From assembly GCA_015233165.1 (NCBI GenBank), contig JADFYF010000003.1, positions 1 to 61,587 of the forward strand: a stretch of DNA of 61,587 nt, written 5' to 3'. Numbering within the stretch: position 1 is the first letter of the stretch; each line of letters starts with the position of its first letter. The notes under the pieces were generated by a model. The model ran no database searches. It saw only the letters and a list, made by a program, of their open reading frames with translations, and was not told where the DNA came from. Positions 46,650 to 55,495 of this stretch are shown here, piece by piece. The position numbers and the translations under genes are program-made. This DNA comes from Candidatus Omnitrophota bacterium (GTDB lineage Bacteria; Omnitrophota; Gorgyraeia; Zapsychrales; Fredricksoniimonadaceae).

Positions 46650-46677
46650 TTAAGATTAGGTTAAGGAGATATTAAGG
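46650..46677 (-). promoter_or_regulatory. Three TTAAG repeats at exact 11-bp phasing (candidate Pho box) before pstS
   Basis: TTAAG occurs at 46650, 46661 and 46672. On the minus strand the last repeat abuts TATAAT. Confidence 0.5.
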
Positions 46678-46682
46678 TTGTG

Positions 46683-47342
46683 TTAAGAGGAGCTGTGGTG
46701 ATGATGCTTGATATCTTCGCCCTGGACGATATAGATCACTTCTTCGGCGATATTGGTGGATAAATCAGCAATACGTTCCAGGTTATGGGCGATTCTCATA
46801 ATATGAAGAGACTGGGCAATAGAACTTTTCTTGGATTGCATGAGAACTGTTAAACGTTTAAGGATTCGGTCTCCGGCATCATCAACACTGTTGTCGCGAT
46901 TACAAACGTCATTCGCCAAAACAACATCTTCTAAGGCAAAAGCTTTGATAGAATCCTTAAACATAGCAATAGCCCCCTCCGCCATCACCCTGACTTCATT
47001 ATTCGTATCTTCGAAAGAATTTGAAACCAGAAAAAGTCCGCTTTGACAAACATTCACCGCATGATCCGCTGTTCGTTCTAAATCTTTATTCATTTTAATA
47101 ATCATTAATGCTAAACGAAGATCTCGGGCCACCGGATCAAACTGAGCGATCAACTCAACACAAAACTTCTCAATCATTCGATCATCATCATTAACCTTGG
47201 GCTCCTGCTCCTCCATGACCTTCTTAAGAAGAACCTCATCCCTGGCATAAATGCCCTGAAGACTTTTTTCCAACATATCCTCAACCAATGCCGCTTCAGA
47301 TAAGAGATGCGTTTTTAATTCATACATTTTTTGAGGCAACAT
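46683..47342 (-). CDS. phoU: PhoU, second copy
   Basis: Collinear and highly similar to the PhoU at 41820..42473. Confidence 0.9.
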   Translation of the reverse strand: MLPQKMYELKTHLLSEAALVEDMLEKSLQGIYARDEVLLKKVMEEQEPKVNDDDRMIEKFCVELIAQFDPVARDLRLALMIIKMNKDLERTADHAVNVCQSGLFLVSNSFEDTNNEVRVMAEGAIAMFKDSIKAFALEDVVLANDVCNRDNSVDDAGDRILKRLTVLMQSKKSSIAQSLHIMRIAHNLERIADLSTNIAEEVIYIVQGEDIKHHHHSSS

Positions 47343-47360
47343 AACACTTCTCCTTGGGGT

Positions 47361-48182
47361 CTAACCGAAACGACCGGTAATATAATCTTCTGTGAGTTTG
47401 TTAGAGGGGTTAGTAAAGAAGTTGCTGGTGATATTAAACTCCACCAATTCACCTTGCATAATAAAAGCTGTCTTATCTGACACACGAGCCGCCTGCTGCA
47501 TATTATGCGTGACAATCAAAATAGTGTACTCCTTCTTTAAATCTTCCATCAATTCTTCGATCCTCGACGTGGCAATAGGATCCAGAGCGGAACAGGGTTC
47601 ATCCATCAGAAGAATCTTGGGATTAACCGCCAAGGCCCGGGCAATACACAACCGTTGCTGTTGCCCCCCGGATAAAGACAACGCTGAACGATGTAAGGAA
47701 TCTTTTACTTCTTCCCACAAGGCTGCACGACGTAAACACTTCTCCACTACAGACTCTAATATATGCTTATCCTTAACCCCAATCAGTCTTAATCCATAAG
47801 CGATGTTGTCATAAATCGTCTTCGGAAATGGCGTTGATTTCTGAAAAACCATCCCTACCTGTCGACGCAACGACACCACATCCGTGTCTTTATCATAAAT
47901 ATTCACCCCATCAATCAGAATTTCCCCCTCTACCTTTGTCTTAGCAATCAAATCATTCATGCGATTAAACGTCCGAAGCAAGGTGGACTTGCCACATCCG
48001 GAGGGACCGATTAAAGCCACCACCCCGCAGGCAGGAATATCCATTGAAACATTTTTTAAAGCCAGACGGGTGCCATAATAAAAATTCAGATCTTTAACCT
48101 GAATTAACACCTTTGACTCAACCTCTTCCTGTTTCAGAATTCTTGACGCTGTACGCTTAGGTTCTGGTACCTGGTACTGCAT
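47361..48182 (-). CDS. pstB: Phosphate ABC transporter ATP-binding protein
   Basis: [19 protein letters not shown]-terminus [10 protein letters not shown]. Confidence 0.92.
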   Translation of the reverse strand: MQYQVPEPKRTASRILKQEEVESKVLIQVKDLNFYYGTRLALKNVSMDIPACGVVALIGPSGCGKSTLLRTFNRMNDLIAKTKVEGEILIDGVNIYDKDTDVVSLRRQVGMVFQKSTPFPKTIYDNIAYGLRLIGVKDKHILESVVEKCLRRAALWEEVKDSLHRSALSLSGGQQQRLCIARALAVNPKILLMDEPCSALDPIATSRIEELMEDLKKEYTILIVTHNMQQAARVSDKTAFIMQGELVEFNITSNFFTNPSNKLTEDYITGRFG

Positions 48183-48191
48183 AAAATCCCC

Positions 48192-49121
48192 CTACTGACC
48201 GTTGAGAAATCGATGACGTCGGTTCATAAAATAATTGGCTAACAAGTTAATCGAAAAGATAACAACAATCAAAACAATCGCCCCCGCCCAGGCCTGACGA
48301 TGCCAATCCTCAAAAGGTGAAATGGCATAAGAAAAAATCTGCAAAGGCAAGGCTGCAATCGGCTGCATAAGATTGTGATTCCAAAACCTGTTACCAAAGG
48401 CTGTAAACAACAACGGAGCCGTCTCTCCTGCCACCCGGGCTAAGGCCACCATGATTCCTGTCATGATCCCCCCGATGGAAGAAGGCAGAACAATATCCAC
48501 AATCACCCTCCATTTTGGGGCCCCCAGAGCCAGCCCTGCTTCCCGCAATTGATTAGGAACCATCCTGACAAACTGTTCCGTCGTACGGGTCACCATCGGA
48601 ATCATCATGATGCCTAAGGCAAATCCACCGGAAAGCACAGAGAAAGTCTTCATCGGAAGAACACAGATCACATAGGCAAAGATACCAAAGACAATCGATG
48701 GGATTCCGTTCATGACGTCGATCGTAAAGCGCACCACCTGAGCAAAACGATAATCGGCATATTCATTCAGATAAATACCCGCAGCTAATCCAATCGGCAC
48801 CCCAAAAAGTACCGCTAAAAAAAGCAGCGTCAATGTTCCTGTAATCGCATTAGCCATCCCACCACCTACTTCTCCGACGGGCTTTGGCAGATGAATAAAG
48901 AAATTCACATTAATGGAGGAAACGCCGTTGATCACCAGATGCGTGAGAATACTAAAAAGAATAAAAAGAAGAACAAAAGCGCACAGAAAAAGAACGTAGA
49001 CAATCGCCTGATCCATAAAATATCGTTTGGCTTTTGTTCTCTGAAACGCCTTATCAAAATCCATTGTCTGCATAGAATTCTTCTTTACACTGTTACTGAT
49101 TCTCTGGTTGTCACTGACCAA
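48192..49121 (-). CDS. pstA: Phosphate ABC transporter permease PstA
   Basis: Permease in the pstSCAB order. The true start may be an internal Met at about 49073. Confidence 0.85.
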   Translation of the reverse strand: MVSDNQRISNSVKKNSMQTMDFDKAFQRTKAKRYFMDQAIVYVLFLCAFVLLFILFSILTHLVINGVSSINVNFFIHLPKPVGEVGGGMANAITGTLTLLFLAVLFGVPIGLAAGIYLNEYADYRFAQVVRFTIDVMNGIPSIVFGIFAYVICVLPMKTFSVLSGGFALGIMMIPMVTRTTEQFVRMVPNQLREAGLALGAPKWRVIVDIVLPSSIGGIMTGIMVALARVAGETAPLLFTAFGNRFWNHNLMQPIAALPLQIFSYAISPFEDWHRQAWAGAIVLIVVIFSINLLANYFMNRRHRFLNGQ

Positions 49122-50050
49122 ATCAAAAGCCTTGCCAACGCATTGACCACAATCGATACCACAAACAAAACCAATCCCATTTCAATCAAGGCTGACAAAT
49201 ATGTTTTACTGGTCGCTTCGCTAAATTCATTAGCCACCACACTGGCTAAGGTATAACCGGGCGAGAATAACGACGATGTAATGCTGGGATTGTTTCCAAT
49301 AATCATGGTCACCGCCATCGTCTCTCCGATGGCCCGGCCCAACGCCAGAATAATCGCTCCAAAAATCCCAGCCTGAGCATGGCTTAGAATAATCAGCTGA
49401 ATAGTTTCCCATCTCGTCGCGCCTAAGGCATAGGAGGATTCCTTATACACCGAAGGAATAGCCAGAATCACTTCCCGGGAAATAGAAATAATGAAAGGAA
49501 CAATAATGATCGCCAGAATGATGCTGGCCGATAAGAATCCCACCCCATAGTTGGGTCCCTGAAAGAACGGCAGAAATCCTAAATATTTACCCAAGAAGGG
49601 CTGTACATGCGTACGCATCAAAGGAACAAGAACAAAGATCCCCCACAAACCGTAAATGACACTGGGAATCGCAGCGAGGAGATCAACAAAAATGGAAATG
49701 ACTTTAGAAACTTTCGCCGGCGCATATTCGGCTAAATAAATGGCAGAACCAACACCAATAGGAATCGCCATCAAAAGAGCCAAGAAAGATGTCACACAGG
49801 TTCCGAAGATAAAAGGCAAAGCCCCAAAATCTTCAGCGACGGGATCCCAAGTGCGATTAGAAAGAAACTTAAAACCAAATTTATGAATAGAGAGGCCCGA
49901 AGAACTAACCAATTGATAGAGAATTCCTGCCACCAGAAGAAGAATCAGGCACGGGAATACAGCGAGAAAATATTTAAAAACAAGATCAGAGGTGTCTTTG
50001 CGCATAAAATCATCAGGGGCAGGAAGGCGTATTAAGCCCCCTGCCCCCAA
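49085..50050 (-). CDS. pstC: Phosphate ABC transporter permease PstC
   Basis: Permease following pstS. The start may be an internal Met at about 50005. Confidence 0.85.
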   Translation of the reverse strand: MGAGGLIRLPAPDDFMRKDTSDLVFKYFLAVFPCLILLLVAGILYQLVSSSGLSIHKFGFKFLSNRTWDPVAEDFGALPFIFGTCVTSFLALLMAIPIGVGSAIYLAEYAPAKVSKVISIFVDLLAAIPSVIYGLWGIFVLVPLMRTHVQPFLGKYLGFLPFFQGPNYGVGFLSASIILAIIIVPFIISISREVILAIPSVYKESSYALGATRWETIQLIILSHAQAGIFGAIILALGRAIGETMAVTMIIGNNPSITSSLFSPGYTLASVVANEFSEATSKTYLSALIEMGLVLFVVSIVVNALARLLIWSVTTRESVTV

Positions 50051-50061
50051 TCTTCAATCGT

Positions 50062-51069
50062 TTAATATTTAACAGCCTTGAGTTTTTCCTGAATCATGCT
50101 GACCACATTGGCTGGAAGCGGAGCGTAATCTAAAGCTTCCGTATACTTCTGCCCGTCAGTAATAGCCCACTTGATAAAATTCACAATAGCTTCACCCTTG
50201 GCATGGTCATCCATCTCTTTGTAAATCAAAAGCCATGTAAAACTAGAAATAGGATAAGCTTCAGGATTCGAGCTATTAACAATGGATACACGAAAATCAG
50301 GAGCAATGCTGACACCTTCTGCAGCCTTAGTCACACTCTCAATCTTAGGTTCAATGTAATTGCCACTGCTGTTTTTCATATGGGCATAGGTCAGATCGTT
50401 TTGTTTGGCATAGGCCAATTCGACGTAACCAATGGCTCCTGGTGTCTGCTTCTCTAAACCAGCGACACCTTCGTTACCCTTACCGCCTAAACCTACAGGC
50501 CAATTCACGGACGTTCCCTTACCAACCTTGCCCTTCCAGGCAGGACTGACAGAACTTAAGTAATCCACGAAAATATAGGTGGTTCCGCTGCCATCAGAAC
50601 GATGAATGACAACAATGCTTTGATCTGGCAAATTCACACCAGGATTTTCAGCGACGATACGCGCATCATTCCATTTGGTAATCTTTCCTAAGAAGATATC
50701 CGCTAAAATATCCCCTGTTAACTTAAGACCCGTTTTAACACCCTGGAGGTTGTAAGCCACAACAACAGCTCCCATCACCGTCGGGATATGATAAATACGA
50801 CCAGGAGCTTCGTTAAGCTGATCCTGAGTCATCGGGCCATCGGACGCTCCGAAATCGACGGTTTTAGCAGTGATCTGTTTAATGCCGCCGCCGGAGCCGA
50901 TGGACTGATAATTAAAGGTCATACCTGGATTCATCTTGGCATATTCATCAAACCATTTCGAATAAATGGGATACGGGAAGGTTGCTCCTGCCCCGTTAAT
51001 CAGGGTCGCATCAGCCCATGCCACGGATGCCAAGGATACCGCAAAAATGAATGCTAACAATTTCTTCAT
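50062..51069 (-). CDS. pstS: Phosphate-binding protein PstS (long type)
   Basis: Signal peptide; GAGATFPYPIY and SIGSGGG loops typical of PstS. Confidence 0.9.
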   Translation of the reverse strand: MKKLLAFIFAVSLASVAWADATLINGAGATFPYPIYSKWFDEYAKMNPGMTFNYQSIGSGGGIKQITAKTVDFGASDGPMTQDQLNEAPGRIYHIPTVMGAVVVAYNLQGVKTGLKLTGDILADIFLGKITKWNDARIVAENPGVNLPDQSIVVIHRSDGSGTTYIFVDYLSSVSPAWKGKVGKGTSVNWPVGLGGKGNEGVAGLEKQTPGAIGYVELAYAKQNDLTYAHMKNSSGNYIEPKIESVTKAAEGVSIAPDFRVSIVNSSNPEAYPISSFTWLLIYKEMDDHAKGEAIVNFIKWAITDGQKYTEALDYAPLPANVVSMIQEKLKAVKY

Positions 51070-51088
51070 AAAGGCTTCCTTTCTTTAA

Positions 51089-52423
51089 TTAAAATTTCCA
51101 GTTAATATCGTATTGAACTAAGTGCGTTGGGATCTTTGACGCTGCCCCCACATCAATACGACGAGTTTTATCATATTCAATCTTAAAAGACATATTCTTA
51201 GCTAAACCAACTTCTACGCCAGTTTCAATACCTTTGACACCGGTAGCTCCCCCTTGAAAATCTGAATCAGGGAAAATATCTAACCAGGCATCTTTTCCTA
51301 ATACCTTATAGGCTCCATACGCTCTCCAGGTACCAAATCCATTGACCTTGGAATTTCCAATATAGGTACCAGCCATCCAGGCCACATTCTTATCCGGAGC
51401 GCTAGGATTACGGGTATATTCTCCAAAAACACCGACGCGAGGAATATAAATCGGAGCAGGAAGCATTTCACCAAACGGATCATTGATTCCAATATCAATA
51501 GCCCCCATAGGAGCGCTGTAATCATATTTCAACCCATTGGAACCATTAGCGGCATTGAGCGTATTATTGACGTTACCATTCAGAAATCCACTCTTGATAT
51601 TGCCATAGCCTATATAGGTAAAGGCAGCCTTGATATCCAACTTATCATTAGGTTTGATCGTAGCAATGAATTGCGGAGCAAACATAAAAGGATCGCTGGT
51701 ACTAGGATTAAATTCCCCTAAGGTGAAAAGATTTCCTACAGCTGTTAACGTAATCATGCTGTTGAGTTTATAATTATAGGTAACAGAAGCCCCTTCCGGA
51801 GTAATGTCATTATCAAACAAGAATTCCATGGGTTCATAAAAAACAGAATTCTCTAACTTACCCACCGCTACGCTCAAATTATCCGTAAACATATACTGAC
51901 CATAGGCCTTATTGAGAACGATGTACGGCTTAGTAAAAACACTATTCCCCGCTGAAGTTCCATTCACATAGGTGCTGTTCGTATAATTATTGGAACGGGC
52001 ATTACTCGATGCTGAGGTTGCCCCTGTTCCACCGTCGGTCGCAATACCAATAACAACCTTGGCTTTATCATTGATCTTGGTTTCAAAGTTCAAGCGGGCT
52101 CTCATACGGGCACGAACTCTTTCTCCCTGAGCCGTCGCAGCAGCGCCAGGATTTTCTGAGCGTTCTGTTTGAAGACGACCACGGAAATCCCCGGTAATTT
52201 TGAAGTTCTGAACCCAATCAGGAACCTGTTTCTTGGAACCTTCTTCTATGGTACTTTTTTCCTGATAAGCAATCTCACCCTTTAACTGGGTCGCTTCCTT
52301 ATCGGTTAAAATTCCTTTTTCAACCAGCTTCTGAACAAGTGAATCCACCGTACTTGCGGCGAAACTCATTCCTTGCCAGGCCAGAAGAACACTTAAGGCC
52401 AATATTGATACTTTCTTTCCCAT
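51089..52423 (-). CDS. Outer-membrane porin-like protein heading the second pst operon
   Basis: Signal peptide, N-terminal helical segment, beta-barrel pattern, C-terminal ...YDINWKF. Confidence 0.65.
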   Translation of the reverse strand: MGKKVSILALSVLLAWQGMSFAASTVDSLVQKLVEKGILTDKEATQLKGEIAYQEKSTIEEGSKKQVPDWVQNFKITGDFRGRLQTERSENPGAAATAQGERVRARMRARLNFETKINDKAKVVIGIATDGGTGATSASSNARSNNYTNSTYVNGTSAGNSVFTKPYIVLNKAYGQYMFTDNLSVAVGKLENSVFYEPMEFLFDNDITPEGASVTYNYKLNSMITLTAVGNLFTLGEFNPSTSDPFMFAPQFIATIKPNDKLDIKAAFTYIGYGNIKSGFLNGNVNNTLNAANGSNGLKYDYSAPMGAIDIGINDPFGEMLPAPIYIPRVGVFGEYTRNPSAPDKNVAWMAGTYIGNSKVNGFGTWRAYGAYKVLGKDAWLDIFPDSDFQGGATGVKGIETGVEVGLAKNMSFKIEYDKTRRIDVGAASKIPTHLVQYDINWKF

Positions 52424-52501
52424 GACTCCTCCTCCATTTGTTTGTTCTTAAAATCTTGGTAATACTACGGTTTTAGATGTGACTAATATAAAATAGGAAT
52501 G

Positions 52502-52517
52502 TTAAGCTTAGATTAAG
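52502..52517 (-). promoter_or_regulatory. Two TTAAG repeats 11 bp apart (candidate Pho box) upstream of the porin/pst operon
   Basis: TTAAG at 52502 and 52513. On the minus strand TATATT follows about 15 nt after the proximal repeat. Confidence 0.45.
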
Positions 52518-52677
52518 GCTAGATAAAGTGTTCATAAAGCCCTAAACAATCTCTACTTGAAGCTGAAAAATTAATTCCACGATAAATTGAAATAAACTCG
52601 GCGTCATAGATACCCTCCTGGTGGTTACAGAAGAAAGTATAAATGACTTGTATTAAGGAGAGGTGAAGGAGAGAAAA

Positions 52678-53121
52678 TTATTGGGTTAAGAGAAACTTGA
52701 AGATATTATCACGGGTCACAATACCTACAGGCGTTTTATATTCATCGACAATGGGAATACAACCATATTTATAGGAAACAACGACTTTAACAGCTTCCGC
52801 TAAGGTGCTTTCAGGTTTAAGAGTCAGCACATCCTTGATCATAACATTTTTCAAAATAAAACCATTCAGCATATCCGTATCATAATACCAACTGCCGTCT
52901 TCTAATTTCCGAGGGGAATGAATCTGATATAAACTGCGTTGGGTAATTAAACCTACCAATCCTCCGGAACCATTAACAACCGGTAAATGACGAATGTCAT
53001 AAAAATCAAACTTATCATTCACAGCGCTAAAATCTGCTGATTCTGAAATCGTAATCACCGGGGAACTCATGACTGTTTTAAGTGGGATGGTCTGAAGAAT
53101 TTCTTTTATCATTAAGGTCAT
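52678..53121 (-). CDS. CBS domain pair protein
   Basis: 147 aa with two CBS-like repeats (HLPVV...GLIT, IPIVD...GIVT). Confidence 0.8.
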   Translation of the reverse strand: MTLMIKEILQTIPLKTVMSSPVITISESADFSAVNDKFDFYDIRHLPVVNGSGGLVGLITQRSLYQIHSPRKLEDGSWYYDTDMLNGFILKNVMIKDVLTLKPESTLAEAVKVVVSYKYGCIPIVDEYKTPVGIVTRDNIFKFLLTQ

Positions 53122-53180
53122 TATAGAAAGTCTTTAGAAAGCCTCAAGGGAATTCTTTTAAAATGTTCTTTATAAAGCAG

Positions 53181-53305
53181 TTCGACGCTTCTGCGAAGTG
53201 CAAAAGCGTCGAATTGAATTTCTATTGTCACCCCCGAATGTCTTAGTCGGGGGTCCAGAGTTAGCTAACGTTCTAGATTCCCGACAAAAACATTCGGGAA
53301 TGACA
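53181..53305. repeat. Cluster of three GC-rich hairpin repeats
   Basis: ttcgacgctt/aagcgtcgaa (53181-53213), cccccga/tcggggg (53231-53253), attcccga/tcgggaat (53277-53301), with gtca/tgac flanks. Confidence 0.75.
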
Positions 53306-53308
53306 GAA

Positions 53309-53872
53309 CTACTTAGCAGGTGCAGGTGTTGTTGGAACCGCAGGCATTGCGGCAGAGGCTGCAGGAACGGCTGGCGCATCTGTAATATCTAAAACCTTGA
53401 TTTTAAAACTTAACTTCTTACCTGCTAAAGGATGATTAAAGTCCAAGGTAACCTTATCACCATTAATCGCTGAAATCATCGCTGGAAAACTTTCGCCATT
53501 AGGAGACTCCGCCTGTAAAACCATCCCTACCTTAGGTTCAGGAGACTTAGGCATGCTGCTTTTGGGGAATTCTTTGAATGCTTTTTGATCAACTTCTCCA
53601 TAGGCATCCTTAGGCTCCACTTCGATCACCTTCTCTTCGCCCACCTTCATTCCTTCAATACCCTTTTCTAATCCAGGGATAATGGAGTGATCCCCATAAA
53701 CAATCTCTAATGGCTGCTTGCCGACAGATGTTTCCACCTGTTCGTTATTGACTGTCAGAGTATAATCCATTTTCACCTTTTTACCGGCACCAACAACAGC
53801 ATCCGCGGCGAAACTTACAGAAGCAACTCCTACTAATGCAACAGCTACAGCAACCATCTTCATCGTATTCAT
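53309..53872 (-). CDS. Secreted SlyD-like FKBP peptidyl-prolyl isomerase with a Pro/Ala-rich tail
   Basis: The start at 53872 (MNTMKMVAVAVALVGVASVSFA) has an AAGGA Shine-Dalgarno sequence. FKBP core ...IIPGLEKGIEGMKVGE...DFNHPLAGKKL. Confidence 0.8.
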   Translation of the reverse strand: MNTMKMVAVAVALVGVASVSFAADAVVGAGKKVKMDYTLTVNNEQVETSVGKQPLEIVYGDHSIIPGLEKGIEGMKVGEEKVIEVEPKDAYGEVDQKAFKEFPKSSMPKSPEPKVGMVLQAESPNGESFPAMISAINGDKVTLDFNHPLAGKKLSFKIKVLDITDAPAVPAASAAMPAVPTTPAPAK

Positions 53873-53912
53873 ATATTTTCCTTTGGTTAATGTTGAAATA
53901 TTTTTCATAGTA

Positions 53913-54731
53913 TCATCGTTTCCTGTTTTGTACAGCGCGAAACAACCAAGATATGCCAAAGCATAAACCACAGCATAAAACAATACTAGCCCCCGAGGAG
54001 AAACCAAAATAATAAGAACAGTAAACACCCGCTATGCAACAGGCCACCGTCATTGAAACGGCCGTGATCATCAAAGGAATCAGCTGATTGACCACCAATC
54101 TGGCTGCTGCCGTCGGGACAATTAACAAGGCATTCGTTAAGATAGCTCCTGTTGCCTGTATCCCCGTGACAACACTCAGCGAAAGCAAAATCAACAAGAG
54201 CAAACGTAAGCCCTCTACATTAATTCCGATCGTCTGAGCATAATCCCGATCAACACAAAACAATTGAAGCTCTTTATGACACAACACTAGCGCAAGAACA
54301 ATCACTACCGTAATGGTCCCAATCAACCACAAATCGCCATTACTAACCCCAAGGATGTTCCCAAAAAGCATGGACGACATATCTCGATACGACTTAGAAG
54401 CGCTAATCAAAAGAACCCCCAGGGCAAACATGATCGTCGGCATCATACCTGTTGCTGTGTCTTCGGAAATCTTATCATCCTTCGACAAAAATCCAATCAT
54501 CAAGGCCGTAAACAAGACCGCAATCAGGGCTCCTAAAAACAGATTGGCCCCGCACATAAACGCAATCACAATACCAGGTAAGGCGCTGTGAGTGAGGGCA
54601 TGACCGATGTTAGATATGCGACGAAGAACCACGTAAACACCCAGAAAGGAACAGCTTACTCCCACCAGAACGGAAGCTAACAAGGCGCGTTGAATAAAAA
54701 CATACTGTAAAGGTTCTAGGATGCCGTGCAT
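53913..54731 (-). CDS. Metal ABC transporter permease (ABC-3, ZnuB/MntB type)
   Basis: 272 aa with about 8 TM segments; family-typical layout next to the ATPase and SBP genes. Confidence 0.85.
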   Translation of the reverse strand: MHGILEPLQYVFIQRALLASVLVGVSCSFLGVYVVLRRISNIGHALTHSALPGIVIAFMCGANLFLGALIAVLFTALMIGFLSKDDKISEDTATGMMPTIMFALGVLLISASKSYRDMSSMLFGNILGVSNGDLWLIGTITVVIVLALVLCHKELQLFCVDRDYAQTIGINVEGLRLLLLILLSLSVVTGIQATGAILTNALLIVPTAAARLVVNQLIPLMITAVSMTVACCIAGVYCSYYFGFSSGASIVLCCGLCFGISWLFRAVQNRKR

Positions 54732-55438
54732 ATTTCTCCATCCTTCAAATAAACAGCATTGTCGTAAAGACCTTCTTCTTGTTTAAAATAATGAGTCGCC
54801 ACAATCGTCGTCTTCCCCTGGGCTTTTTGCTCATTGAGCACTCGCTGAACAATATGACGGGTCTGCACGTCCACGGCATTCAAAGGCTCGTCTAAGAGAA
54901 GCAGGTCTGCATCCTGAGCCAAAGCTCTGGCAATCAGAACCCTCTGCTGTTGCCCGCCGGAGAGCTGGGCAATCTGTCGATGAGCTAAATCTTCAATACT
55001 TAAACTTTTTAAAGCTTCCCAGGCTTTATCATAATCCTTCTTTTCTAAAGACCTCAGCCATCCTAAATAGACATACCGTCCCGTCGTCACCAGATCCAGA
55101 ACACTTAAAGGAAATTCCCAGTCAATACCGCTGCGCTGAGGCAGGTAGACAACTCGCTGATGACAAGCCCCCAGAGGCTGACCAAAAATCTCCACCTTAC
55201 CTGAAGAATTCTTAAGGAGATTAGCCGCCACCTTAAACAAGGTCGACTTCCCTGCTCCATTAGGACCTACCAGGGCCGTCGAACTCCCTCGTGTTACAGA
55301 CAAAGAGATATTCTTTAAAGCAACCCTGTCTGCCACATCCTCGTAGGACGCGCTGACATCTTGCATCCACAAAGCTGGTGCCTTAGGATTAGGAGTACTG
55401 TGACGGTGTTGACAATAGGAAATAAACATAAAAAACAA
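54716..55438 (-). CDS. Metal ABC transporter ATP-binding protein (ZnuC type)
   Basis: Walker A GPNGAGKST, signature LSGGQQQRV, Walker B LLLLDEP. Confidence 0.88.
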   Translation of the reverse strand: MFFMFISYCQHRHSTPNPKAPALWMQDVSASYEDVADRVALKNISLSVTRGSSTALVGPNGAGKSTLFKVAANLLKNSSGKVEIFGQPLGACHQRVVYLPQRSGIDWEFPLSVLDLVTTGRYVYLGWLRSLEKKDYDKAWEALKSLSIEDLAHRQIAQLSGGQQQRVLIARALAQDADLLLLDEPLNAVDVQTRHIVQRVLNEQKAQGKTTIVATHYFKQEEGLYDNAVYLKDGEICTAS

Positions 55439-55456
55439 TTCAAATCATTGATTAAC

Positions 55457-55494
55457 GACGCCATAAACCTGCCTGCCGGCAGGCAGGTGGCGTC
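55457..55494. repeat. Second copy of the 20-nt palindrome inside a longer hairpin, between the SBP and ATPase genes
   Basis: gacgcca-taaa-cctgcctgccggcaggcagg-tggcgtc. The 20-mer at 55468-55487 is identical to 3261-3280. Confidence 0.85.
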
Positions 55495-55495
55495 T

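Noticed and set aside
49085-49121. 37-nt pstC/pstA overlap as a possible frameshift or fusion
   Set aside because: An internal Met (about 49073) in pstA removes the overlap. Both permeases are full length with no sign of disruption.
52542-52607. 21-aa ORF (MTPSLFQFIVELIFQLQVEIV) with an AGGAGG Shine-Dalgarno sequence between the CBS gene and the distal porin/pst promoter
   Set aside because: It is too short to support from sequence alone and may be a chance occurrence. It would be worth rechecking only if the frame is conserved in relatives or ribosome profiling shows occupancy.
53170-53392. Two overlapping 64-69-aa ORFs on opposite strands
   Set aside because: They are read through the GC-rich palindromic repeat cluster, which is why both strands are open. 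They have no Shine-Dalgarno sequence and are better explained as repeat DNA.
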